Source: Bdellovibrionales bacterium
GTDB taxonomy: Bacteria; Bdellovibrionota; Bdellovibrionia; Bdellovibrionales; JAMPXM01
Length of the DNA: 24,794 nucleotides
Direction: 5' to 3'
NCBI GenBank assembly: GCA_043739185.1
Contig: JAYUEN010000001.1
Location: 1 to 24,794, forward strand
Both the position numbers and the translations under genes were made by a program. Of the stretch, positions 1-9,446 are shown in pieces (position 1 is the stretch's first letter; each line of letters opens with the position of its first letter). The notes under the pieces are model-generated. The model worked only from the letters and a program-made list of their open reading frames with translations. It was not told where the DNA came from and searched no databases.

Positions 1-128
1 CAACACCAACACCAACACCAACACCAACACCAACACCAACACCAACACCAACACCAACACCAACACCAACACCAACACCAACACCAACACCAACGCCAAC
101 ACCAACACCAACGCCAACACCAACACCT
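1..128 (+). repeat. (CCAACA)n hexanucleotide tandem repeat encoding (Thr-Pro)21, truncated by the window edge
   Basis: Read directly: codons from position 3 give ACA CCA repeated to 128 with only two ACG variants (93-95, 111-113) and a final CCT; in frame with the downstream ORF. Confidence 0.97.
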
Positions 129-1487
129 GTGCCTACTCCGACTCCTCTTGCATGCAATACCGGTTTTGTTCCCTTTAATGGAATGTGCTACGAATCGCCT
201 AAGACTTGTGTCGTATCTGGCGGGAGTGGACAGCAGAATTTCTCAGGTGGAGTTTACAGTATGTGTTCTGCAACAACCTGCAACCAGGGCTATCAATTGA
301 CGACAAATAATCCAGCGACCTGTGATGCCATTGTTGGTTTTCCGTCGATATATCTGACTGCATATATTTCAACGATTCCTGAAGGCCAAGCGACCGCTGT
401 TAGTTTTGGAGCTTCTAATGTCACTTCAATAGTTGTGATGGATGGAAATAATAAAATTTACGAGTTGAAAAATATCAATTCTGGCGCGAGTGGGAGCTTC
501 AATGTTTCGCCTGCCGCAACCACCACCTATAATGTTGCTGCCACCGGCCCGAAGGGTACAAATAATCAAAAAATTACTATTACAGTTTTGCCAGTAAATA
601 ATTCTCTGTTCAAACAGAGCGGCAACTTGTTAACCGCGATTCTTGAAAACCCGATTCCAAATCAAGATAATGGCGCACCATTTTCAAATCTCCTTAGCTG
701 GGTCAATCAAAATATAAATTTACAAATGTTGGTAATTACCGCCAAAACCGCAATTGGCACCAAAGTGATAAATACAGTTTATAACCCTGCGGGCGCAAGC
801 CTCAGTAACTTCAGAAACTTTTCAATGGTACCAGTTACTTATACTATAATGGCAAGTGCCGGCGGATTCTTTAATAGCACTTTCGCAGAAATGTCCTCGA
901 TTAGTATCGTCCCGCCAAAGCCTCCGCTTTCTCCTACTCCAGGAGTGGCAGCAGATTGCAATGGGACCTACCAGTACCTAGGGGCTGATGGATATATGCA
1001 TGCTGGTCTTCTCGATCCTGGTACCGGAAATGTCAATAATACTGGGAGCGGATCCGATGCCGCGGCCTGTGCAGATTTCTTCTCGCAGAAGCAGCAGGAA
1101 TGTATCGCGCTCAATGGACCAAGTTGTAAGGCCTTTGGCTATCTGCAAACCCGCGAGCCCAGCATCAATAATGCCGTAGTTGTGTTTAGAGTTTTTCCGG
1201 TGCCTTCGCAAAACCGAACGAGCTCAGGTGTCTGCGAGCCATCCTTCTATACAGCCAATGTTGCGACACCAATAGTATCTTCAGGACCACAATTTATAGT
1301 AAGTACAGATGCCAATTCTTTGATTGAGGATTGCCAAACAATTTCAACCCATGACTATTTAGAAATTGGATATTTGGGGTCTCAGCCTGGGGGAAGTGGC
1401 TATGTTCTAACTGCCGTTCAGAGCTTGCAGCTGACCGATTTGCAAAACAATAGTGCCCTTATCAATTATGTAGCGCCTCCGCAGTAA
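3..1487 (+). CDS. 5'-partial secreted/surface protein: PT linker, Cys-rich module, Ig/PKD-like beta domains, Cys-containing C-terminal domain
   Basis: Frame is open from position 3, so GTG129 is an internal Val. Contains CNTGF..C..C..CSATTCNQGY..C and Ig-like strands VSPAATTTYNVAA and VPVTYTIMASA. Confidence 0.8.
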   Translation, partial: TPTPTPTPTPTPTPTPTPTPTPTPTPTPTPTPTPTPTPTPTPVPTPTPLACNTGFVPFNGMCYESPKTCVVSGGSGQQNFSGGVYSMCSATTCNQGYQLTTNNPATCDAIVGFPSIYLTAYISTIPEGQATAVSFGASNVTSIVVMDGNNKIYELKNINSGASGSFNVSPAATTTYNVAATGPKGTNNQKITITVLPVNNSLFKQSGNLLTAILENPIPNQDNGAPFSNLLSWVNQNINLQMLVITAKTAIGTKVINTVYNPAGASLSNFRNFSMVPVTYTIMASAGGFFNSTFAEMSSISIVPPKPPLSPTPGVAADCNGTYQYLGADGYMHAGLLDPGTGNVNNTGSGSDAAACADFFSQKQQECIALNGPSCKAFGYLQTREPSINNAVVVFRVFPVPSQNRTSSGVCEPSFYTANVATPIVSSGPQFIVSTDANSLIEDCQTISTHDYLEIGYLGSQPGGSGYVLTAVQSLQLTDLQNNSALINYVAPPQ

Positions 1488-1675
1488 GAAATTATTTACC
1501 ACGATAGGCCGTGAAAAAAATAAAACTCTTACTCAAAGTTAAATTGATCTTAACTGGCCTGCCTTTATAAGTTGTCTCTTCGTTAACAAATATTCAAACT
1601 AGAATCTTGATCCCGCGCCATTCGCCTGTACATGAGTTACTCTTTAGGAGGGCGACTGGGAGGAAGAAATTATTC

Positions 1676-2185
1676 ATGTCATTGAGTTTAAGTGCGGCTG
1701 ATTATTTTCGCCGTAGAGTGATATCGGCAATGGGCTTGTGGATAGGAATTTTGGTTATTCTATCTGTGGGGCTACGTCATTTAGTGGCGGCACTTAATTA
1801 TTATCCGGTTATCTTCAATTTGTTTTGCCTATGAAAGAGCGCGCAAACAATCCGAGGATCTCCAAGCCCTCTTATCAACCGCATCGTCTCTCTGAGATAA
1901 TTGAAGAGGCTATTCAATTGCTTGTTTTTAAAAGAAGATGGCGAGTTCCTACAAATTCTTTTGATGGATTCGGGAAATAGGATTCCAGAAGCCTTGCATG
2001 ACAAAATATTTCAAGCTTTTTATACCACGAAAGAAGTGGGAGAAGGAACTGGCTTGGGACTATCAATATCAAAAGGCATTTTAGATGAACACAATGCGAG
2101 CATAAGACTTGTAGCTGAGCAGTCTCACACCTGCTTTGAAGTACGGATGAAGCACATTGCGGAATCTGACTTGAAAACCATCTAA
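1676..2185 (+). pseudogene. Decayed sensor histidine kinase (TM fragment, linker fragment, HATPase C-terminus)
   Basis: 1901-2185 frame has DSGNRIP..IFQAFYTTKEVGEGTGLGLSISKGIL (G1/F/G2 boxes) but no H-box or N-box. 1831-1980 in another frame has HRLSEIIEEAIQL. 1676-1834 has an RBS (GGAGG) and a TM helix; its assignment to the same gene is inferred. Confidence 0.75.
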
Positions 2186-2251
2186 AAATAATTGAGACTA
2201 GGGTCTTAACTCAAGCTGAAGAAATCTGCGGCTTTTTAAGATTGGTAAATT

Positions 2252-2605
2252 ATGAAAAATGAAGTGTCTTGTCCAAAATGTAAATCCGAAAACATCTATC
2301 AGGATCAAAATTTGTGGATTTGTCCAGAGTGTTCGCACGAATGGACGGCTTCAGATGCCATTGTTGAAAAAGAAGTCGAACAAGATCTTCAGATTCGCGA
2401 TGCTCATGGAAATGTCTTAATCGATGGTGATTCAATTGTTGTGATTAAGGACCTTAAGATAAAGGGCTCGTCATCAGTTGTAAAAGGGGGCACGAAAGCT
2501 AAGAACATTCGAGTAGTGGATGCCGGTGACGGACATGATATTTCCTGCCGCATTGATGGATTTGGAACTATAAATCTAAAATCTGAATTTGTAAAAAAAG
2601 TCTAA
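2252..2605 (+). CDS. yjdM: PhnA/YjdM zinc-ribbon protein
   Basis: CPKC..ENIYQD...ICPECSHEW and [34 protein letters not shown]...[20 protein letters not shown], the typical family signature. Confidence 0.93.
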   Translation: MKNEVSCPKCKSENIYQDQNLWICPECSHEWTASDAIVEKEVEQDLQIRDAHGNVLIDGDSIVVIKDLKIKGSSSVVKGGTKAKNIRVVDAGDGHDISCRIDGFGTINLKSEFVKKV

Positions 2606-2619
2606 GTATCTATTTTAAA

Positions 2620-3369
2620 CTATTTCGATTTTGAAATTTCTAAAATCCAGTTTTGAATTGCCGCGATGGTTTCAGCTTCCACCCCGTTGAAGCCATGATG
2701 TGAATAGGCTTCACAAGGTGAATCTTTTTGAGAGCCACCTGAAATTTCAATATAATCGGCTTTAATATTACGAGCTAAAATATCACGAAATTTTTGCGAT
2801 TGAATTGGTTTGGTCAAGGGACAGCCGTCATCTTTATGACTTACTAATAAAACTGGGACTCGAATGCTCTCAATTGCCGTCTGCTCTAAGTAGTTCACGT
2901 GAGTGGAAGTGAGGATGACTGCCTTAATGCGAGGGTCTCCGGCGGCACCAATGTTGAATGCTGAAATGGTGCTGAGGCTGGTGCCCAAAAGTATAAAGTG
3001 AGTTGGCCAACGTTTGGTGATCGCATCCATAAGCATTGAAATATCAAGTCTATGGTTCGTCATGCGTCGAAAGGTTTCGGTCATACCACCGGCGTGATCA
3101 CTGGGGGTATCAATGACAATAATGCGATATTTGCGCTGCCAGAGATCGATGCTTCGCGCGACAAAACTTCCCCTTGTACCGATCAAAGCATTCTTTTCAA
3201 AAACTTGTCCCCTGCCACTTCCGCCGGGAAAAATAATCAGTGTATCTGCATTTGGATCGATAGGTTGAAGATGTACAAAGCTCTGTCGAACCCCAGGCCT
3301 GGTCTCAATTGTCTCAAGGCTCTTAGTTGAATCATTCTTATCAATTATTAGAGGAGGTCTTGGTGGCAA
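2620..3369 (-). CDS. Alpha/beta hydrolase, probable lipoprotein (start uncertain)
   Basis: FPGGSG oxyanion region, GTSLS nucleophile elbow, VSHKDDGCP, PCEAYSHHGFNG. In-frame upstream sequence encodes AVFFFIISLIGC (lipobox). Confidence 0.82.
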   Translation of the reverse strand: MPPRPPLIIDKNDSTKSLETIETRPGVRQSFVHLQPIDPNADTLIIFPGGSGRGQVFEKNALIGTRGSFVARSIDLWQRKYRIIVIDTPSDHAGGMTETFRRMTNHRLDISMLMDAITKRWPTHFILLGTSLSTISAFNIGAAGDPRIKAVILTSTHVNYLEQTAIESIRVPVLLVSHKDDGCPLTKPIQSQKFRDILARNIKADYIEISGGSQKDSPCEAYSHHGFNGVEAETIAAIQNWILEISKSK

Positions 3370-3458
3370 ATGGCCACAGCCGATTAGGGAGATAATAAAA
3401 AAAAAGACCGCGCTCGTTCGGTTCGCAGTCTTGTTGTGAAAGGAAAATGAATACTTGG

Positions 3459-4928
3459 CTATAAATTTAATGGTGGTGTCTCTTGCGATGCTAGCTTGGG
3501 CGTTTGCTTAACAATTGGTGCAGGTCTTCCCAACTGCGCTCCCACCGGCCGGCGTCTTGGAAGTGAGAAGGTAAAGGTACTTCCTCTGCCCAATTGACTT
3601 TCAACCCGCACCAATCCGCCATGCGCTTCGACAATTGTTTTAACTACCGCAAGGCCAACTCCTGCGCCTTGATCAGCCGTATCGCGTGCTTGCCAAAAAT
3701 CATCGAATAACATGGGCAGTTGCTTTTCGGGAATTCCGGAACCGCTATCGATAACTGAAATATAAACAAATTGTTGATCACTACGTACCTTCACTACGAC
3801 CTTGCTATGCTTTGGGCTAAACTTAATTGCATTTCCGACCAGGTTCGAAAGAATTCGTAGCACTCTCTCACGATCAAAAAAAGCCAGCGTTGGAGGATTT
3901 ACGGTTTCAATCTGCAAACGAATATCTCGTTGTTTAGCTAAAGACTGAAGTAATAGTCGCGCATCATCGAGTACCACATCGACAGCCAGTTGATCTAAAC
4001 GTAGAGTTAAACTCTTTTGATCAGCTTTGGCTTGGTCTACAATGTCTTTAATATGACTATCAATTACTGCAACTGAAGTCTTAATCGCCTGAATTTTATC
4101 TGTTTGATCACTGGCATTCGCCATATTTTCAGCGGTATTTACGATCATGCTCAAGGGTTCATTTAAATCGTGGGCCACTGCGACCAAAATTTCATCGCGC
4201 GCATGATTGGCCTTCAAAGCCTCCTCATATAGACGAAGGCGTTCAGCCAATTGCTTTTTGCGTTCACTCAATAAGCGCAAAACTAAAAAGATCATTCCTA
4301 AAAACAAAAAGCTAATAGCGCCGGTCAACCAGGTCATATCTCGAGGTACTTGAGTTTCCGCACCAAGTGCAGCTTCCTTTGCGTTTGATTTTACGCGCTC
4401 CAATTCTTCTTTGTGCAAACGAAGCATTTCATCTAAGGCTTGATTAATATGGGTTCGAATGGATGACATTTTAGACTGATAAAATTGTCCTACTATTTTC
4501 GGCTCCGTATGCTTTTCGCGATACTTCATAGCTTGATCAAAAATTTCTTGCTGTTGGTGCTCGAGAGCATTGATAGACTTTATAATTTCAGGGACTTCGG
4601 TCAAATTAAATTGTCTTTCAAAACCCAAAAGAGATTCTTGAAAGCTTAGCTTTTCTTTGCGTGACTCTTCAAGAAGGGCAGCAGAGCCAAGCAAGAAAAA
4701 AGACCGACTGTCACTGATCTGCGATTCTACCAAATTTCGCATATGTTCAATTTCAATTAAGGCCCGCGAATCAACTTGTGTTGCGGAATTACTGGCAGAA
4801 ATCGCTTGTCTTAAGTTGATAGCGTATTTCCATGCAGTTAAAAATACCCCAACAAAGAGGAGGGTAAAGATAAATAATATTTTGATTTCGAAGCCCCAAG
4901 ATTTATTCTTATTATTTTTTTGTTTCAT
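3459..4928 (-). CDS. Membrane sensor histidine kinase (2 TM, helical periplasmic sensor, HisKA + HATPase)
   Basis: H-box VAHDLNEPL, N-box LSNLVGNAIKF, DSGSGIP, LFDDFWQ, GAGVGLAVVK..VEAHGG, GRGSTFTFSLP. Confidence 0.93.
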   Translation of the reverse strand: MKQKNNKNKSWGFEIKILFIFTLLFVGVFLTAWKYAINLRQAISASNSATQVDSRALIEIEHMRNLVESQISDSRSFFLLGSAALLEESRKEKLSFQESLLGFERQFNLTEVPEIIKSINALEHQQQEIFDQAMKYREKHTEPKIVGQFYQSKMSSIRTHINQALDEMLRLHKEELERVKSNAKEAALGAETQVPRDMTWLTGAISFLFLGMIFLVLRLLSERKKQLAERLRLYEEALKANHARDEILVAVAHDLNEPLSMIVNTAENMANASDQTDKIQAIKTSVAVIDSHIKDIVDQAKADQKSLTLRLDQLAVDVVLDDARLLLQSLAKQRDIRLQIETVNPPTLAFFDRERVLRILSNLVGNAIKFSPKHSKVVVKVRSDQQFVYISVIDSGSGIPEKQLPMLFDDFWQARDTADQGAGVGLAVVKTIVEAHGGLVRVESQLGRGSTFTFSLPRRRPVGAQLGRPAPIVKQTPKLASQETPPLNL

Positions 4929-5061
4929 TTAAATTTCATACCAAGTGAAGCCTTGGCCAGCAATCAAAATATTCTGAGGAGGAATGGATTGGCGCTCGAG
5001 GCTTCAGCTAGCACTTTTTTACATACCGGAAGCTCATTTGCCTAATAAAACCAGCTTAAGA

Positions 5062-5077
5062 TGGCATAATTCATGCA
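5062..5077 (+). promoter_or_regulatory. Putative sigma-54 -24/-12 promoter
   Basis: TGGCATAATTCATGCA = GG-N10-GC; followed by RBS-like AAAAGGGGA and a short hydrophobic ORF at 5116. Confidence 0.55.
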
Positions 5078-5115
5078 AATTTTCTGTAAATTGCAAAAGG
5101 GGACTTCCTTTTTTT

Positions 5116-5226
5116 TTGATTAAGCTCGTTTTAATTTTGGGCCTCAAATCAGTTTTAATGGCAGCCGCGACTGTTAACTGCTTGGCGGTTTCGGTGTTCA
5201 GTTTTCTGTGTGCCAGCTGCCGTTAA
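5116..5226 (+). pseudogene. 36-aa signal-peptide-like ORF, probable remnant of a secreted protein gene (or small peptide)
   Basis: TTG start after AAAAGGGGA; MIKLVLILGLKSVLMAAATVNCLAVSVFSFLCASCR*; downstream of a sigma-54-like site. Confidence 0.3.
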
Positions 5227-5248
5227 CTGATTCTAGAATGCCAGACCC

Positions 5249-5779
5249 TTAGAGACTTTCCACAATTGATTTTAGTTTACTAAGACCGACTTCAAAGCTT
5301 CCGCCCACCATTTTATCCATATTCATCACGAGGCAAACAACTCTTTGCACAAATAAATTTTGGCCGCGAACGGACCATTTAACTTTTGATTGGGTACCCA
5401 TAGGTGAAATTGAAATCTCAGCAATCTGCTTCATGGGGAACGGACGCGTGTATTCTAGCTGAGTTCGCACCATTTGGTTCGTAAGGCTTTCGATAACTAT
5501 TGCCGAACCGGCACCCATTTTTCCGGGACTATCCCAACTCGATGTTGCCCCGACTCCGAACTCGGGGCCAGAATATTTCATTTCAAGTTGCGGATCTATC
5601 TCGGGCCAAGGGGCCCAAGTATTCATCATTTTCGAATTGTTGATGTAGGGATAAATAGATTCTGCAGTTTTATCAATAATCACTTCTCTACTTATTAAAT
5701 ATTCCGTCGGTTGATAAAAGGCGAAAATTAAAGCGATTCCAACCAACAATAATAGACCAGCAATAATATATGTAATCAT
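5249..5779 (-). CDS. SRPBCC/polyketide cyclase family protein with N-terminal anchor
   Basis: N-terminal TM, ISREVII, WAPWPEIDP...YSGPEFGVGATSSWDS, MDKMVGGSFEVGLSKLK. Confidence 0.9.
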   Translation of the reverse strand: MITYIIAGLLLLVGIALIFAFYQPTEYLISREVIIDKTAESIYPYINNSKMMNTWAPWPEIDPQLEMKYSGPEFGVGATSSWDSPGKMGAGSAIVIESLTNQMVRTQLEYTRPFPMKQIAEISISPMGTQSKVKWSVRGQNLFVQRVVCLVMNMDKMVGGSFEVGLSKLKSIVESL

Positions 5780-5784
5780 AAAAT

Positions 5785-7161
5785 CTAAATTTGGTTTTGA
5801 AAAGCTAATCTAGCTTGTGTAATTTTGTCGGCCTCTTTTCTTACCATTGACAGAAATGCAGAAAAATCTGTCGCCAATTGCTCTGCATCGGCCAAACTTC
5901 TTGGGGCTTGAGCATTGATTAAAAAATCAGTAAGTTTGGCGTAGAGGTTTCCGCCAGGCGCCGATCCCTTAAAGTGTCTTTCAACATTTTGCACGAGTTC
6001 TGGATGATTGGTTCTCATAAAATCTGAAATGACAGTTTCAAGTGTGCGGAAATCTTTTTTTGTCGTATTGATGCCGCTGCGATTGCGTGACGCGGGATCT
6101 GGATTTGAACTAAACTGCCACCAATCGGTCATGTCTGCATCTTTCATATTAGTGCGCGGGCTTCCCCCCGGGGCTTGTTTTGGCAATTTATCTACAAGTT
6201 TGCCGTCAAACATCACCATGAATTTCGATTGGCCAGCGTGAAAGGAAGAGAGAAGTGTAACTTCTAGTAAGGCGACATCCCAAGCATGAGTTTTCATTCC
6301 GCTCATGAGGTGGCGATCTTGCTCGGCAACATAAATTGCCGTGAAATCGCTAAGTACGGATTGGCCAGCCCCTGAGACCTTTGTCAAATTTGATGGGTCT
6401 GAATTTGCGATAATCATAAGTAAGGTCTTATAAAAATCGTCGACATTTTCGCCTGCTGACTTAAAATAATTTTGTAAACTTTGTAAGTAGGATTTATCAG
6501 AGGCATCGTCAGCTAAGTGTTCAGTTCCTTCAGAGGTATCGTCAGCTAAGTGTTCAGTTCTTTGGCCAAAACTTCGCCCGGTCATTTCATCTTTGGCTTG
6601 AGTACCCGTGCCATAATTGACGTTGAAACAGCAGTCTTGAGAATTCAACTTAACTTCGACACCGCCACCGCTTGCCAAAGCGATAAATGTAGATAACCCA
6701 TAGCGATCCACTTTAACTTTTGTATCTGCAATCATCCCGGGTAGTGTATATAGGTTTGCGTTTTTACCTTGAAGAGCTTTAGCGACTTGATCTAAATTCT
6801 CAGCTCCGCCTGCGGCTTTGAGTGCTTGATTCATTACTTTAGAGCTAACTTTATTAAGGGCCGCGGTGATATCTTCAGCGCTTGCTATAGTAAAACCTTT
6901 TTGTGCAAAGCTATCGAGTTCGGGTTTAATTTGCTCTTTCATAAGAGTTAAAAAAGTAATGCCAGTGAATTTACTGACATCGACTACGTCACTATAGGTA
7001 AGACCTGCTTTTGGACTGGTTACTGACTCCGCAAAATTTGATCGAATCTGAGCCGATTCATCACTTTTAAATGCGTCTTCGCAAATTGTACCAAGAGCAA
7101 AAATGGGCTGAGCTGAAAACAAGATTGACAGTGCAAAGCCTAAAATGAAGTTGCTTTTCAT
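5785..7161 (-). CDS. Secreted hypothetical protein (458 aa)
   Basis: Signal peptide MKSNFILGFALSILFSAQPIFA, RBS AAGGA, long ORF; no family recognised. Confidence 0.85.
   Translation of the reverse strand: MKSNFILGFALSILFSAQPIFALGTICEDAFKSDESAQIRSNFAESVTSPKAGLTYSDVVDVSKFTGITFLTLMKEQIKPELDSFAQKGFTIASAEDITAALNKVSSKVMNQALKAAGGAENLDQVAKALQGKNANLYTLPGMIADTKVKVDRYGLSTFIALASGGGVEVKLNSQDCCFNVNYGTGTQAKDEMTGRSFGQRTEHLADDTSEGTEHLADDASDKSYLQSLQNYFKSAGENVDDFYKTLLMIIANSDPSNLTKVSGAGQSVLSDFTAIYVAEQDRHLMSGMKTHAWDVALLEVTLLSSFHAGQSKFMVMFDGKLVDKLPKQAPGGSPRTNMKDADMTDWWQFSSNPDPASRNRSGINTTKKDFRTLETVISDFMRTNHPELVQNVERHFKGSAPGGNLYAKLTDFLINAQAPRSLADAEQLATDFSAFLSMVRKEADKITQARLAFQNQI
6497..6562. repeat. In-frame 33-bp tandem duplication
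   Basis: 6497-6529 vs 6530-6562 match at 31/33 positions; encodes TEHLADDTSEG / TEHLADDASDK. Confidence 0.93.
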
Positions 7162-7200
7162 ATATAATCCTTTTTAAATGCATTTTAAGTGACTCGCAAC

Positions 7201-8583
7201 TTATTGCAAAGCACGCGCCGTTCGAAGAAAGCATTTCTGATATGCGCCGAAGACACCATTGAAAAGGCACCGGAGCAAAGGATCTTCAAGGAGGTCAGCT
7301 CCATCAAGTTCCTTCTCAATTTCGACTGAAAATGTCTGACTATTAATTTGAACATACATCGAACTCAAAGTCTCGCCCTCTTCAAGCGCTCCGTAAAGTT
7401 TAGAAATTGGCAATTCTGTAGTCCATGAAAGGGGCAGCTCATCTGAATTCGCTTTAGTTATTTTTGAGTTTTGAATTTCATAGTAAAAATTATGTGCGCT
7501 GCCCAAATGGTCATATATTGATAAGCGCCAAATTCTTTTGTTTTTAAAAAAAGAATCACTTGGCGAATCAAGAGAGCTGAAGCGTTCTAAGATTTCAATT
7601 TGGCAATACTTAAATACGCGTTCAATTTGACCTAATTCGAGGGCAGAAAAGTTTTTCGCAATTTCAGCACTTGGTAGCGCCTTTTGCTCAGGATAAAATT
7701 TAAAATCGACATCTTGGTTTCCAATTGGCGATATCCAATTAAGCGGCGAAGCAGGGGTGAAAGAATTGGCGATGAGAGATATTGTGACCGAGGGGTTCAG
7801 CATCACGATATTAGTATATGCAAGAGCGCCTTTGATCTCGTTTGTAAATTGAGCATAAGTAATGGGAAACAGAAAATGATTATACCAAGACCAGGTTTCA
7901 AATTGAAATTGGCAGGAGCTGGGTACAATAATTCTCGGATTTAGAATTTTAAGCTGCTCAATCCATTCGGGTGGCAAATTTGTTTGCGCAGGAAGGGCGC
8001 GCCTGGGACAGAGTACGTCGATTTCTCTGAGGGTTTGAAAGGGCCAAAGGACCAAGTCCCACGGCGAAAGTTTCGCCAATAGATCAAGACTATCGGGATC
8101 TAGCCAGGCATCTACCATATTGAGGATTTGATAATCGGCAACTTGAATTTGAATAACGCAATCCACGTCGTCGTCAAGCGCCTTTCGCGGTATGATTTCA
8201 AAAGGCCCCACCAAAATACTTTTATCTAGCTTTAAAGAATGAATATTCTTAAAGCCCAATTCACTGAGCATTGCAAAGAGTTCATCAAAAATGCAGTAAA
8301 CATAAATCGGGGTCTGACGGTTTAACAGCGACAAGCTTTTAAAAGAGCAGTGGTCATCGTGATAGTGAGAAATGAATATGGCGTCAAAGTGAAGCTTTTT
8401 AATTTCAGCCAAGTCGAATTTCACCTCTGGAAAAGCGAAGCAATTTTTACTAAAGGGATTTTCAAAAATCGGATCAAAGACAATTTTTGTTTCTTCAAAT
8501 TCAAAAATATAGCCAGCATGAAGAATCCGAGAAACTTTCAAAGGCTTTGCTATTGGGAGTTTGGCGCCTAACATTTTATTCAA
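7201..8583 (-). CDS. MBL-fold metallo-hydrolase (UlaG-like) with C-terminal extension
   Basis: ILHAGYIFE...IVFDP, AIFISHYHDDHC (HxHxDH metal motif). Confidence 0.87.
   Translation of the reverse strand: MNKMLGAKLPIAKPLKVSRILHAGYIFEFEETKIVFDPIFENPFSKNCFAFPEVKFDLAEIKKLHFDAIFISHYHDDHCSFKSLSLLNRQTPIYVYCIFDELFAMLSELGFKNIHSLKLDKSILVGPFEIIPRKALDDDVDCVIQIQVADYQILNMVDAWLDPDSLDLLAKLSPWDLVLWPFQTLREIDVLCPRRALPAQTNLPPEWIEQLKILNPRIIVPSSCQFQFETWSWYNHFLFPITYAQFTNEIKGALAYTNIVMLNPSVTISLIANSFTPASPLNWISPIGNQDVDFKFYPEQKALPSAEIAKNFSALELGQIERVFKYCQIEILERFSSLDSPSDSFFKNKRIWRLSIYDHLGSAHNFYYEIQNSKITKANSDELPLSWTTELPISKLYGALEEGETLSSMYVQINSQTFSVEIEKELDGADLLEDPLLRCLFNGVFGAYQKCFLRTARALQ
7205..7220 (-). promoter_or_regulatory. 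Putative sigma-54 promoter for 5785-7161, embedded in the 3' end of the MBL gene
   Basis: Minus strand CGGCGCGTGCTTTGCA = GG-N10-GC with TTGCA -12 element, about 44 nt upstream of the ATG. Confidence 0.6.
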
Positions 8584-8594
8584 CCCTAAGAATT

Positions 8595-9446
8595 CTAATC
8601 ACTTTTAACTTGTGCGAATATTTTTAGCAAAATTCCACCGAAAATAAAAAAGCTAGAAATCACCAGACGTAGGCTCATAGGTTCACCGAGGAATAGAATT
8701 CCGTTTACTGCTGCTATTACTGGGACACTCAATTGAATAATTGCAGCGGTGCTCGTTCTTAAGTATTTCAAAACCCAATACCAAAGCACATAGCCTAGCC
8801 CAGAACTAAAGACGCCAGAGAGCATCGCCAATTTATAAGCGTTTGTATTTAGAGTGAGAGGATGAAAAAATAAAATCAATAGCAAAATCGGAACAGTGAG
8901 TATGAAATTTCTCGAAGTTGAAAAAGTCGGATCAGATGTATTCTGGCCCAAGAGTGAGTAAATTCCCCAAGAAACTCCCGCAAGTCCCATAAAAGCAGAG
9001 GATATAGGCGGTGGTCTGTGCAATCCGGGTGAAACCAAATAAATAAAACCGGCTCCGGCAATAAGAAAACCAAGGCCTTCTCGCTTAGTCAGCTTTTGGC
9101 CTTTGAAAAGTGAAAATAATATCATTGTAATCTGGACTGCAGAAAACAAAATTAGAGCACCTAGGCCAGCGCTTATTTGAACATAAGACAGCGAAAAGAA
9201 AAGTGCGTATGACAAAAGTAAAATGGGCGCTAAAATCGCTTTTGAGTCCAAATTTAACTTATGAGGTTTTTTGCTTTTTATAAAGAAGAGGCTCAAAACT
9301 ACAGCTCCAGAAAGGAGTCTTAATATGGTGAAGCTAACGGGATCATTTGAGCTGTCGCTAAGTGCGAGCCTGCATAAAACTGAATTGGCCGCAAAGGCCA
9401 ACATCGTTAAGCTTGTTAGTATTAGTAACTTTGGCGAAAACCGCAC
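8595..9446 (-). CDS. DMT/EamA family transporter
   Basis: About 10 hydrophobic helices; AFAANSVLCRLAL, DPVSFTILRLLSGA, SGLGYVLWY, AAIIQLSVPVIAA..GILFLGE. Confidence 0.92.
   Translation of the reverse strand: MRFSPKLLILTSLTMLAFAANSVLCRLALSDSSNDPVSFTILRLLSGAVVLSLFFIKSKKPHKLNLDSKAILAPILLLSYALFFSLSYVQISAGLGALILFSAVQITMILFSLFKGQKLTKREGLGFLIAGAGFIYLVSPGLHRPPPISSAFMGLAGVSWGIYSLLGQNTSDPTFSTSRNFILTVPILLLILFFHPLTLNTNAYKLAMLSGVFSSGLGYVLWYWVLKYLRTSTAAIIQLSVPVIAAVNGILFLGEPMSLRLVISSFFIFGGILLKIFAQVKSD

Noticed and set aside
1..128. Telomere-like or CRISPR-like repeat
   Set aside because: No spacers; it is in frame with the downstream ORF and encodes a Pro-Thr linker.
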